The notes: generated from the sequence alone by a model not told the origin. A stretch of DNA of 63,823 nt, filler included, from 7 parts of 7 records of this genome joined end to end with filler, not necessarily neighbours in it, one strand, 5' to 3'; shown: positions 40,631-50,555, numbered from the whole stretch's first letter. A program made the numbers and translations.

Positions 40631-43094
40631 TTATTAGGAGCATTTTCTTCGTATCGCTCCAGTTGTCAGTCTGTAAACGATAAAAATATACGCCACCCGG
40701 TAGCATAGACGCGTCAAAACTGACTGAATAAACACCACTTTCCTGAGATCTGTTTACCAAGGTCGCTATTTTTCGTCCTTTAACATCATAGATCGAAAGA
40801 TGCACATCGCTGTGAGCCGAAAGCTGGTAGCTGATAGCCGTAATCGGATTGAAAGGATTCGGATAATTCTGCATCAGCGCAAATTCACTTGGGATCGTTC
40901 CATCTCCGCTTTCATCAATGGATGTCCATCCCGGGTAAGTACAACGGATCCTGTCAAAGTACAGCGTTCCGCTTTGAACTCCGTTCTCCAGATCAATATA
41001 GATCGATTTTAAATACATTGGAAAATCTTCATAACCATCACCGGGGATGATATTTGCAATAGGGATCGCCCAGGTTACCATATCAGCATCACTGAAATAT
41101 CCCGAAGCCTTAAAACGGTATTCATTACCATTCGTATCGTCAAATACGAGATATAAGCGATGTCTCAATCCATCTGATCTGGCATCTATCAGAAATTCCG
41201 AAGGTACACCATAAACTTGGATCTCTTCTGAAAGATCCAGGGAGATAATGCCATTATCAGTTGTTGTATAATCAACTTTTATGGCTTTACTTCCTCCGCT
41301 TGTCGTTCGATCTATCCATTGTATTGTTGTCAGATTTGAATCGAGGTTTTCACCGATCAATGTCCACTTGGTGGCATCTTCCACTTCTTGCAGTGATAGT
41401 TCACCTACACCTCTTTCAACATAAACATTAAGGGTGTCTATTGTTTGCCCATAATGAATGAGCAATTCGGATTCACCCGAACTTGTGGGCGTAAAAATAC
41501 CTTGCTCATTTACACTTCCGATATTCGCATTCAGAAGTTCAAACTCAAAGATCTCATTATCAAGTTTTTCAACATTCTTCCCATCCCGGGAACCGTAAAC
41601 CGAAAGATCCACAGGTCGCAAAGTATCTGTTACGATCAACTGTGGATATCCCATCAAACTGTCAATGCTGATGATATGAACCTTCATCGTGTCGCACACA
41701 GAATTCAGGTCAGTATAAATATAGCCATCCATATCCAGATCGGATGCCGTAAATTGATAATTGTTGTAAACACCCAAATCAGGTGTATGATTCACCTGTA
41801 AACCTGAACCCTCAGGAATTGTTTTGGGATTATAGTACATATCCCAACCGGACATCGGGACATCAAAGGTATTATTCTTATAAACGGCAATACTATCACG
41901 TTCGATCTGAACAATAGCAAGATCGCTGTCCGGCGCCGAAGAAACACACATCAGAGCATTGGCAACAATACGTTCCCAATTGTCCGAGGGAACATTCATA
42001 ACCTCAGAACGCACGGTAAAGGTAGAGGAACCGCCACCATCCAAATTAAGGGCGTGAGCGGCGCCTAGACTCTTTAAAAAAGCGGCTTGTTCATGACAGG
42101 TCATACCGATACTATGATCATTTCTGCCATCAACCACCATAAAGTAAGCTATCGTTGAATCTGCGGAAAAACCCACTGCAGTTCTGGGATGGCGAACCGC
42201 ATAAAAGTCCGCACCAAAGCCATCAGTATTCTGTGCAGTAATATCTACTCCATTTTGCATCATCCAAGGTCCGCCACCGACCAATTGCATCAGTCGTTTA
42301 GGTGTATAAGCCATCTGTTGAACGACCTTGACCGTATCACCGATCTGACAATTCTCATTCAGAAAGGTGGTACCGGAACCATGACCTGAGAGCACGAACT
42401 TGCCTTGCGGAATGGTCATATTTCCCGTTGCCGGATCTGAGCCTGTTTCTCTGGCTTCGATCACCGCATATACCGTGTCGTTCACAACCCATTCTGTTAT
42501 GGGATTTAATAGACATTCAAAGCCCCATGTATTGGTACCGGTTGAAGCTCCCATATAATTATTATAAAGAACAATATAATTCGTATATCGAGTATTATTC
42601 ACGACATTCAAGGAATGAGAAACATCGACATCATTCGTGTCTTTTGAAATAACCACACCGGAGAAATTCGGTTTGACGATATCGGGAATACCGCCTTCAC
42701 TATACGCAAAAGCTGAACGGGAATAGGTATAACCCTGAACGAATTCACCGTTCACGATCTGGTTATTCAAGGGTTGTCCATTTGCCGTATTATAAAAATC
42801 ACCGTTTACGGCAGATACGACCCTGTGGCCCGGTGCATCTGAACGTGAACTCATGGATGAGGTACCTTCCCTGCCTAGAAGCAGATCATCGGCTTTTTTT
42901 GTTTCGAGAGTAATGTAAGGATTTTTCAGGTCGATCTCAGTCACATGGATAGCCCATGGTTTCGATTTTTCTTCATAATAGGAATAGATCGTTCCGGGAC
43001 CCACTTGATAACTTTTCACTTTTTCGTAATATTCACCAAATGCAAATGAACAAATGATGATCAAGATCATCAGCACAATAACACTTCTTCTCAT
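40626..43094 (-). CDS. Secreted phosphodiester glycosidase (NAGPA-like) with Ig-like domains and a C-terminal secretion/sorting domain
   Basis: AVNGDFY, RHPRTAVG, VDGR, NLDGGGSST; C-terminal QNYPNPFNP...GVYFYRL...KKMLLIK. Confidence 0.88.
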   Translation of the reverse strand: MRRSVIVLMILIIICSFAFGEYYEKVKSYQVGPGTIYSYYEEKSKPWAIHVTEIDLKNPYITLETKKADDLLLGREGTSSMSSRSDAPGHRVVSAVNGDFYNTANGQPLNNQIVNGEFVQGYTYSRSAFAYSEGGIPDIVKPNFSGVVISKDTNDVDVSHSLNVVNNTRYTNYIVLYNNYMGASTGTNTWGFECLLNPITEWVVNDTVYAVIEARETGSDPATGNMTIPQGKFVLSGHGSGTTFLNENCQIGDTVKVVQQMAYTPKRLMQLVGGGPWMMQNGVDITAQNTDGFGADFYAVRHPRTAVGFSADSTIAYFMVVDGRNDHSIGMTCHEQAAFLKSLGAAHALNLDGGGSSTFTVRSEVMNVPSDNWERIVANALMCVSSAPDSDLAIVQIERDSIAVYKNNTFDVPMSGWDMYYNPKTIPEGSGLQVNHTPDLGVYNNYQFTASDLDMDGYIYTDLNSVCDTMKVHIISIDSLMGYPQLIVTDTLRPVDLSVYGSRDGKNVEKLDNEIFEFELLNANIGSVNEQGIFTPTSSGESELLIHYGQTIDTLNVYVERGVGELSLQEVEDATKWTLIGENLDSNLTTIQWIDRTTSGGSKAIKVDYTTTDNGIISLDLSEEIQVYGVPSEFLIDARSDGLRHRLYLVFDDTNGNEYRFKASGYFSDADMVTWAIPIANIIPGDGYEDFPMYLKSIYIDLENGVQSGTLYFDRIRCTYPGWTSIDESGDGTIPSEFALMQNYPNPFNPITAISYQLSAHSDVHLSIYDVKGRKIATLVNRSQESGVYSVSFDASMLPGGVYFYRLQTDNWSDTKKMLLIK

Positions 43095-43271
43095 CTCTTC
43101 CCTTTCTAATTAATCGGTATAATAGCCAACACGTCCTAATTTACAATATTAGAGAATAAATCAAATAGAAANNNNNNNNNNNNNNNNNNNNNNNNNNNNN
43201 NNNNNNNNNNNNNNNTTAATTAATTAANNNNNNNNNNNNNNNNNNNNNNNNNNNNNNNNNNNNNNNNNNNN

Positions 43272-43895
43272 AAAAAATCCTTCGTTTAGATATGTTTCAA
43301 CATAGGCGAAAAACGGTTCTGCAAGACGCAATTCCTGGATGAAAATCAATTGCCCTTCAAGATCTTTCTCATTGAATCTAAAACTGATGGTGACGGATAA
43401 TAGCTTGTCGTCACAATCCAGATGAGCCCCAAAGAGTCGGGACAGAACTGTTTTGAACTCTCCATGAACACAGTTCGGCAGTGACGTGGAGAGATTGATG
43501 GAAAGCACTTTATGCATCGTCATGAGAAGATTGTTTACGATGATGGAAGCAATATCTCCAATGGCTTCTTCGTCCAATTCGGTCATTTCCTGCAAGGAGG
43601 ACTCTTCATTTAATAAATACCGGACCAGCTCAAGACTACGCTCGCCGTGGAACAACAGCATCGCTTCACCCTCCAGATCCCCTGAAAAGGCTTGGAAGAT
43701 GGCGGTGATATTCTCGTCCTTCGAGATATTGAAATTCGATTTTGCATCCAGTCGAGAAACGATAACGGCATGGGGGACGTCCAGCATCACTTCCTCTCCA
43801 ACCAGAAAACCGATCTCATGAGACGCTTTGCCCACGCCTAAGTTAAAAATTTCTTTTATCTGATCTAAAATCAATTCTTCACTGACATGTTCCAT
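43272..43895 (-). CDS. cheC: CheC-like chemotaxis phosphatase, ends at the spacer
   Basis: KEIFNLGVGKAS, V.LDVP, FSGDLEG, STSLP; second E-x2-N motif degenerate (DIAS). Confidence 0.8.
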
Positions 43896-43988
43896 GGGGC
43901 ATGCAATGTCCTAAATTATAATGGATGGTGGGGAAAAGCTTGAGCAGTGTTTGAAAAAATATTGAGCAATCAATGAAATGGGAGAATG

Positions 43989-44360
43989 TTACTGCTGCTG
44001 CATGATGGCTGTCAATTTCAAAATAAAGGCTTTCTTTTCATCCGGACTCATGGGTTTTTCAACGACGGGAATGTTTAACTTTGCAGCCTTTTCTTTGACG
44101 GCTTCCTGGACATTGGCCGTTAGGATCATCATTTGAGTATCTGCTGATTTTTCTCGAATAGTGGCTGAAAGCGCCAGACCGTCTTTGCCGGGGAGATTCA
44201 AATCGAGAGAGGCGAAATTAAAGTGATGAATATTCAGTAGTTTCTCAGCCTCAATGCTGTTCTCCGCACCGAAAATTTCTGCATCCGGTACAATGAGTTG
44301 AAACGCTTTTTTGAACATCATTATTGCTGTTTTGCTATCATCAACGATCAGTATCTTCAC
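43989..44360 (-). CDS. Single-domain response regulator (CheY-like)
   Basis: ILIVDD, D.NLPGKDG, LTA, KP; AGGAG SD. Confidence 0.92.
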   Translation of the reverse strand: MKILIVDDSKTAIMMFKKAFQLIVPDAEIFGAENSIEAEKLLNIHHFNFASLDLNLPGKDGLALSATIREKSADTQMMILTANVQEAVKEKAAKLNIPVVEKPMSPDEKKAFILKLTAIMQQQ

Positions 44361-44853
44361 TCTTTACTCCTGGAGCTATTGAAATGTTCATATAAACTGT
44401 CGTTATGTAACGCGGTTCGATCTTTTCCATTTTAAGGACTGCGGAAAGACTATTTGCTTTTTGCTTTGATGGGCCCTGCCATCCGTATTCATCGATAACT
44501 TTCATGTATTGTCCCATAACCCCTATTGGGTCAAATTTCGTTCCTCCAAACAAATCGGGTGGAGAAGGGCATCGTTTAAGGCCTCAAACCGTCATTACAT
44601 GACGTAAAAAGCATATATGATAAATGTGAAAGAAGCAATTGAATATTTCTTGCGGCGTGCGGGAGATGTGTATATTTTGGAATGAATGTATAAAAATGAA
44701 AACATAAAATTGTATGATAGATCTGCGGATGCAATGGAGGATCAGACAATCCTTAGTCCTTATTGGAACGTAAAGTCCCAACCTTTCGGGCAAAGTAATG
44801 AATACTCGGCTGTATTGTTTTGCTTGTTAAGGGCTCTTTTGAGGGCAGTTCTT

Positions 44854-44926
44854 TGTAAATAAAAAGATGATGTTGTGTAAATTAAAAATGACACTAACGG
44901 GAATCGACTGTAAATTAAAGATGGCA
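44854..44926 (+). promoter_or_regulatory. Three candidate enhancer (bEBP) sites
   Basis: TGTAAATAAAAAGATG (44854), TGTAAATTAAAAATGACA (44876), TGTAAATTAAAGATGGCA (44909). Confidence 0.55.
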
Positions 44927-45024
44927 TTCTTTTTTGTCGCAAGTATTGGTAAATATGACCATATATGAAATATGCTGAATAATATGAAGTATATACATTG
45001 AGAATAAAGTAGCCGATGTGCTGG

Positions 45025-45041
45025 TTGGCACTACAATTGCT
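45025..45041 (+). promoter_or_regulatory. sigma54 (-24/-12) promoter
   Basis: TTGGCAC-TACAA-TTGCT, matching TGGCAC-N5-TTGC. Confidence 0.75.
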
Positions 45042-45115
45042 CTTATTGATTTTCAGTTTGGGGGATTGGCCCACATTATTGACAAAATTCGGATTAAACA
45101 AAAGAGGGATGAAAA

Positions 45116-46069
45116 ATGAAAAAGAAAGCAATTCTGATTGTCGCACTGGTAGCCATGGTTACATTAAATCTGGTTGGCAGTTCAAACGCCCAGCCGTTGG
45201 TATTCAAAGATGATTTTTCCGGAAACGATTTTGATCAAAAATGGAGGAGCGGCGCCATGAGAGGGTTTGGGAATTCTGTTGCCGTTGTTTCTGAAGAGAT
45301 CAGGGTAACGGAGAATCATAACTATATCCAAACCAATGATTCTTTCAGGGGAAATATTCGAGTAGAAGTTGATCTTCGAAAGGAAGGGAGCTCTGATCAT
45401 TCAAATTATGATTTTGTCATTGAATTGACCGCCATTGGCAACACATCCGGTGGCTTGCTTTTTGATTACTCCCGTAGAGACTCGATTGATATTACGCCAT
45501 TCCCGGACGAAAATTCCGACTGCAAACAGGGGGAATCCTTTTTTAGTAACAGCGAGGATAATACCGGAACTTTGATTTTTGAATATATGGATGAATATGT
45601 TACGCTTACATATACAAACAGCGAAGGCAGAACGCTCCGTACCGATCAATATTATGCCGGATCTTTTGACGACACCGCTTTGAGAATTTGGGTCGCAGCA
45701 TACCCCGAAAGTCCAAGATTTATTGAAGAAGTACGCGTTTACGCATGTGAAGCGGACTTTGATGGAGATCATGTTGTGGATGGATTTGATATTGTTGCCA
45801 AACGAAGCGATCTTGTTGATGAGTATCGTGAGTGGGCAGTGAGTTGTTGGGTTGAAGAGGCGCTTTGTGGAGATGTTAATGGGGATGGAACAACGACCCG
45901 TATTGATCTTTATATGAATAAAAGAGACGCCGTTCAAAATTTATATCAATGGGCGATGGAGTGTTGGTATCCGGACTCCGGAAACGATTTTGAGATTTTG
46001 GAGAAATTGGATAGTGAAATTGAACAATTGATAAGTGACATTGATGCGTTGGTGTCATCGCTAGAATAA
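45116..46069 (+). CDS. Secreted protein with two C-terminal dockerin/EF-hand-like Ca-binding motifs
   Basis: Signal peptide; FKDDFSG; DFDGDHVVDGFD and GDVNGDGTTTRID. Confidence 0.75.
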   Translation: MKKKAILIVALVAMVTLNLVGSSNAQPLVFKDDFSGNDFDQKWRSGAMRGFGNSVAVVSEEIRVTENHNYIQTNDSFRGNIRVEVDLRKEGSSDHSNYDFVIELTAIGNTSGGLLFDYSRRDSIDITPFPDENSDCKQGESFFSNSEDNTGTLIFEYMDEYVTLTYTNSEGRTLRTDQYYAGSFDDTALRIWVAAYPESPRFIEEVRVYACEADFDGDHVVDGFDIVAKRSDLVDEYREWAVSCWVEEALCGDVNGDGTTTRIDLYMNKRDAVQNLYQWAMECWYPDSGNDFEILEKLDSEIEQLISDIDALVSSLE

Positions 46070-47720
46070 TATTGAGTGCAAGCACCCTTTTCCGAATCAT
46101 CGGTTCGGAAAGGGGCGCTTTCATATCACCTGTTTTTTCTTTGTACATCTCCCGCATGTCTCGTTTCAGCACTTTTCCGGCCACGTTATGTGGAAAATAC
46201 TCCATGATCATGACATCGTGAACCCGCTGGAATTTGGCATCCACCCGTTCATTGACCCAACGAATCAGACGCTCTTTGTCGAGATCGGCATCCGGCACCA
46301 GGATGACGGCTGCCACAGGCACTTCGCCCCATTTGTCGTCCGGAATACCGATGACCGCCACCTGACTCACTTGCGGATGCCGGATGACGACTTCTTCAAT
46401 GTCTTTGGGAAAGACATTGACCCCGCCGGAGATGATCATGTCTTTCATTCGATCCACCAGATAGAGAAAGCCGTCGTCGTCCACATAGCCTAAATCACCG
46501 GTGTGGAGCCAGCCGTCGATGATCGCTTTTTCCGTCAGATCGGGACGTTTGTAGTATTCCGGCATCATCACCGGGCTTTTTCCGCAGATCTCTCCGATCT
46601 CTCCGGGCTTGCATTCACTGCCGTCGGGATGGACGATCTTCATGGACATGAAGGGGGCCGGCACTCCGACCGATCCCACTTTTCGGATGGCATCGTGTTT
46701 GTCTAAAACGGTCATGAATCCTTCGGTCAGGCCGTAGAGCTCGTAAAATCGTCCCGGTAGGACATCATTCAGGCGATGCTTGTATTCCAAGAGTAGAGGA
46801 GCGCCCACATTGTGGAGCATCTCCAAAGAGGCCAGCTTCTCCGGAGCAAATTCCGGACTGTTCAGGATGGCCATGATCTGAGCCGGCACCATCACGATGT
46901 GGGTCACTTTCTCCCGTTCGATATCCCGAATGACCGCTTCGGGATTGAAGCTTTTGTGGAGGATGTAGGTGGCCCCCAGGAACATCCACGGCATCAGATC
47001 AAGCATGGCGCCGTTGAAGACGATGGCACCGGCATGGAGGGCCACGCTTTCCGGTGTCATCCGCCAGGATGAAGCAAAAATACTGCAGTACATGGCCCGG
47101 ACATAGTGGGTGTGGACGATCCCCTTGGGAGCGCCGGTGGTGCCGCTGGAGTACATGATGTTGTAGAGATCCCGGTCTTCCAGAAGGATCCCTTTGGGAT
47201 TTTCTTCGGATCTGTCGGCGGTGAAATCTTCATATGAGATAAATCCATCTCTTCGGCCCTTCATTTTAACCGTATCATCCGTTTTGGATGGCTCGCCCGT
47301 CGGGGGATTCTGATTTGTCTCGATCATTTCAGTCAAAATATAGCGATCGGCTTGGATGGCAGGGAGATCTTTTCGAATGGTATTCAGGGTCTCGCCAAAT
47401 GAGGCATGGGCAATGACCAGCAGGCTGTCCGAGCTTTGCAGCAAAGTCGTCAGCCCGCTTTCCTGGAGCATGGTACTGGAGGGAACGATCACCAGACCGG
47501 TCTTTGCCGCAGCCCAGTAAGCCGCCATGAGCTCCGTGCAGTTGGGGAGTATGGTGGCAAATTTGTCTCCCTTTTTCAGACCCGACGCCAACAGGGCGTT
47601 GGCCAGTTTGTTGACGTATCTGTTGAATTGTCGGTAGGTGAACCGCTCTTCACCGCAGACAAATGCGGTGTGATTCGGGCGATATTGTGCATGGTGAGGA
47701 AGTAGAATACCAATATCCAT
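45876..47720 (-). CDS. Acyl-CoA synthetase/AMP-binding enzyme; C-terminal ~80 aa probably spurious read-through
   Basis: YSSGTTGAPKG, YGLTE, WLHTGD, DRMKDMIISGG, GKVLK. Confidence 0.9.
   Translation of the reverse strand: MDIGILLPHHAQYRPNHTAFVCGEERFTYRQFNRYVNKLANALLASGLKKGDKFATILPNCTELMAAYWAAAKTGLVIVPSSTMLQESGLTTLLQSSDSLLVIAHASFGETLNTIRKDLPAIQADRYILTEMIETNQNPPTGEPSKTDDTVKMKGRRDGFISYEDFTADRSEENPKGILLEDRDLYNIMYSSGTTGAPKGIVHTHYVRAMYCSIFASSWRMTPESVALHAGAIVFNGAMLDLMPWMFLGATYILHKSFNPEAVIRDIEREKVTHIVMVPAQIMAILNSPEFAPEKLASLEMLHNVGAPLLLEYKHRLNDVLPGRFYELYGLTEGFMTVLDKHDAIRKVGSVGVPAPFMSMKIVHPDGSECKPGEIGEICGKSPVMMPEYYKRPDLTEKAIIDGWLHTGDLGYVDDDGFLYLVDRMKDMIISGGVNVFPKDIEEVVIRHPQVSQVAVIGIPDDKWGEVPVAAVILVPDADLDKERLIRWVNERVDAKFQRVHDVMIMEYFPHNVAGKVLKRDMREMYKEKTGDMKAPLSEPMIRKRVLALNIILAMTPTHQCHLSIVQFHYPISPKSQNRFRSPDTNTPSPIDINFERRLFYSYKDQYGSLFHPH
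46080..46120. terminator. Strong hairpin between convergent genes
   Basis: AAGCACCCTTTTCCGAA...TTCGGAAAGGGGCGCTT. Confidence 0.7.
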
Positions 47721-48003
47721 GGGTGCCTCCTTGGGAGCATTGTTTTTGATATTTGAATAAAATGATCATTACCGAGAGATTGTAAGATTATTACAAATGA
47801 TTCCGGCGCCATTGATCCGATCTTAATGAGTGGAGTTTAAATTGCTTGCCATTTTTACGATTAGGGGACAGATTCATAAATTTGTCTAATGTTTGAAATG
47901 GGAAAGCTATTTGGTACTCATTTCTAAAAATGCAATGAGCACAATATCAAATTCGAAGAAGATTGCAATGGGCTGAATGATTCGACTGGAAAGTCCACCT
48001 TCG

Positions 48004-48044
48004 AAATAGAAAACGGTATGCAAAGCAAACGCTCCGCACACCGT
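48004..48044 (-). terminator. Intrinsic terminator of 48096-49061
   Basis: Minus strand ACGGUGUGCGGAGC-GUUU-GCUUUGCAUACCGU (with GU pairs) followed by UUUCUAUUU. Confidence 0.75.
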
Positions 48045-48095
48045 GGTGAATTACAAGTAACGTGTGGCAATGGATTGGTGGATAACCGATCTGCA

Positions 48096-49061
48096 TTATA
48101 ATCCGGTAATCTCAGTCGTGCTGATTATTAGTCCGGAGTCATTTTTAATCACTTTTTTAATTGGCATGCCTGTGTTTACATCAAACCAAGTTGTTGTAAT
48201 GATAGCTGTTTGTTGATTTTGGGTCTTTGTCCCTTTTACTCGAATGGTTTGAAATGTTCCAGCCGCAGTTGTAATCATTTCATTGATTGCTTCAATGACT
48301 TCTTCACTGCTGACACTTACAGTAAGGGGGGTGGGAATGGCCGTTGTTGTTGTCGTTTCCGTATATTCATTTGTCAAAGAATCTCCAACACAAACATCCC
48401 CCATGAAGTTTTGTTTTGCCGGAGAGAATTCGGCGACTGAAGTAAATGTATAACCAGGCAGTATCGTGGTTGCGGTTGTTTTCGTTGTACTTTGGATGTT
48501 ATTGTCAATTGAATAAATGCTCTCTTCCTCAAGCGTGCTGCCAATATCGGCAGGAATCGCTTGGGTAACTACTTTGGAAAAGGAATTGTTGACTTCCTCA
48601 TAGAGAATGGTGGATTGAACGCCCTCCACTTCGATGCCTGTCGTGGTAATCGTGTAAGAAGTTCCTGTCGTAATCTGAAGAAGGGTGCTACATCCTTCGT
48701 TGTCGGGAGGATCATCAGGGGAGGGGGGATTTATTAGAAGCAACATGTTATCTACCGTATCTACGGGAATGAACGCATAGTTTGTAAATGCTCCATAAAG
48801 AAAGAGCATTCTGGTATCATCCTGAACGACGATGTAATTATCTTTTGGTGGGGGATAATAACGGTAAAAAAATTGTCCACCCACGCCTAAGTTCAGTTCC
48901 TGTGTTTCCTGGGGGGGCGAGAATAGGTCTGGGTATTGGACTTCAGCCCAGTCTGCAATGAGAGTGGTCTCGTTGAGAGTTGAAGTCATTGCTGCGGCTG
49001 AACTGCAAATGAGGCATAATGCCATGCATAGTATGATGGAATTTTGTTTTGTTGTGCTCAT
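48096..49061 (-). CDS. Secreted two-domain protein of unknown function
   Basis: Signal peptide; WAE.QYPDLF...YRYY module; Pro/Asp linker; Thr-rich beta domain with TTAAGTF; GAGGA SD. Confidence 0.75.
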   Translation of the reverse strand: MSTTKQNSIILCMALCLICSSAAAMTSTLNETTLIADWAEVQYPDLFSPPQETQELNLGVGGQFFYRYYPPPKDNYIVVQDDTRMLFLYGAFTNYAFIPVDTVDNMLLLINPPSPDDPPDNEGCSTLLQITTGTSYTITTTGIEVEGVQSTILYEEVNNSFSKVVTQAIPADIGSTLEEESIYSIDNNIQSTTKTTATTILPGYTFTSVAEFSPAKQNFMGDVCVGDSLTNEYTETTTTTAIPTPLTVSVSSEEVIEAINEMITTAAGTFQTIRVKGTKTQNQQTAIITTTWFDVNTGMPIKKVIKNDSGLIISTTEITGL

Positions 49062-49319
49062 AGCTTCCTCCTAAATATTGGGGGATTGTAATAGCTGCCA
49101 GTTAAAAAAGTAATAAACCTTCATGTTTTCCGGCACATCACAACGATGCATGAAAGTTATTTTATTACAATGCCTTATGGAGACTTTTTAATAAACGCGC
49201 ATGAGCAGGCTGCTCTCAANNNNNNNNNNNNNNNNNNNNNNNNNNNNNNNNNNNNNNNNNNNNTTAATTAATTAANNNNNNNNNNNNNNNNNNNNNNNNN
49301 NNNNNNNNNNNNNNNNNNN

Positions 49320-49349
49320 CAGAATGTGGATGTGAAGGCGATGTTTTAG
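49320..49349 (+). CDS. 3' end of a probable LemA family gene
   Basis: QNVDVKAMF* resembles LemA C-termini, and lemA commonly precedes DUF3137 genes; only 9 residues are visible. Confidence 0.45.
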   Translation, partial: QNVDVKAMF

Positions 49350-49356
49350 GAGGATT

Positions 49357-49422
49357 CAAGGTAAAAGTAAAAAGGTAAAAGACAAAAGGCGAAAGTCGCA
49401 GATTGCAGTTGCAGTATTCAGT
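49357..49422. repeat. Degenerate heptamer repeat tract
   Basis: CAAGGTA AAAGTAA AAAGGTA AAAGACA AAAGGCG AAAGTCG CAGATTG... Confidence 0.6.
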
Positions 49423-49510
49423 AAATGCAATTAATCACAACAAATTACTTTTCCCAAAATCAATCTTATTTCAATCTCAATCAATCTCTTTTAATATCAA
49501 TCTGAAAAAA

Positions 49511-50497
49511 ATGGTAACACAAGAACAACTTAAAAACCTTTACGAAACACAGTTAAAACCCGAACTGGCGAGCATGGAAAATCAGCGTAAAATAGTTGCC
49601 TGGCTATATCGTATTTCTATCGCATTTTATGTGTGTACAGGGCTTGCTTTTATTTCAATATTTGTTCAAGCCGACTCGCTTGAAGACTCCGCCGTTTTTA
49701 CCCGTTTCGGAATTATGTTTGGCTGCGTAATTTTAGGTTTGATTATTCGATTGGGCATTGCCCAAAATTTACGTAAAAAATATCGTTTTGCCTATAAAAC
49801 AAAAGTGGTTGAGCGGGTTATTGCCGCCATAGAACCCGAGTGGAATTACCAAGCCGATGCACATGTTGGAGCGCTTGAATTTAAATCGAGCAAACTTTTT
49901 AGTCGTTCGTATGACATATATAGAGGCGACGATTTGGTTTCTGGTAAAATCGATAAAACAGATTTTAGAAGTTCAGAATTAGATGTGAAATATCAGGTTG
50001 GCTCAGGTGACGATAAGGAATTTCATTCGCTGTTTGGGGGCTTCTTTTTTCATGCTGATTTTAACAAAGAATTTAGGGGCGAAACCTACGTGGGACATGG
50101 TGATTTAGAGTCGCAGGTACAAACTTTGCGTAATTTGTCGGCAGGTAGAAGCAACACAAAAAAACGCGGAGAGTTCGTTCGGCTCGAAAATCCGGAGTTT
50201 ACAAAAATATTTAGGGTGAGTTCTACCGACCAGCAAGAAGCACGTTACATTCTTACTCCAAAAATTATGGAAGCGCTGGTTAATTTGTATACTAAATATC
50301 CGCATCCTACACACATTTCGTTTGTTGGAAAGCGCGTTTATTTTGCCATTGCTTTTGGCAAATCCCTTTTCGAACCGCGTATTTTTAAACCCGCAACTAC
50401 TTTCGAGGAAGTTGAAAAATTGTACAGTTTGTTTATGCTTAATTCTGAACTTATCCGCGAGTTGAATTTAAATACTAGAATCTGGACAAAACAATAA
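49511..50497 (+). CDS. DUF3137 family membrane protein
   Basis: 2 N-terminal TM; GDDLVSG, F.GFFF.ADFNK.F.G, LENPEF..F.V.STDQQEARYILTP..ME, LNLNTRIWTK. Confidence 0.85.
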   Translation: MVTQEQLKNLYETQLKPELASMENQRKIVAWLYRISIAFYVCTGLAFISIFVQADSLEDSAVFTRFGIMFGCVILGLIIRLGIAQNLRKKYRFAYKTKVVERVIAAIEPEWNYQADAHVGALEFKSSKLFSRSYDIYRGDDLVSGKIDKTDFRSSELDVKYQVGSGDDKEFHSLFGGFFFHADFNKEFRGETYVGHGDLESQVQTLRNLSAGRSNTKKRGEFVRLENPEFTKIFRVSSTDQQEARYILTPKIMEALVNLYTKYPHPTHISFVGKRVYFAIAFGKSLFEPRIFKPATTFEEVEKLYSLFMLNSELIRELNLNTRIWTKQ

Positions 50498-50555
50498 TAA
50501 GATTCAGTCATTCCGTTTTTTTCAATCTGAATGTCAATTTCAATCAATCTACAAT

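Noticed and set aside
44341-44553. 70-aa ORF upstream of the response regulator
   Set aside because: No recognisable motif or SD, and it overlaps the regulator's RBS and start.
44590-44604. Palindrome CGTCAT-TAC-ATGACG
   Set aside because: Single short occurrence with no assignable regulator.
44745-44812. Possible c-di-GMP-I riboswitch on the minus strand (GAAAGGTTGGGAC...GGACTAAGG)
   Set aside because: It lacks the GGCAAAC and GCAAA conserved segments; an Infernal search would be needed to reconsider.
47245-47330. Possible intein or mobile insert in the acyl-CoA ligase (ETNQNPPTGEPSKTDDTV)
   Set aside because: It is a short polar insertion in a variable loop with no intein or repeat hallmarks.
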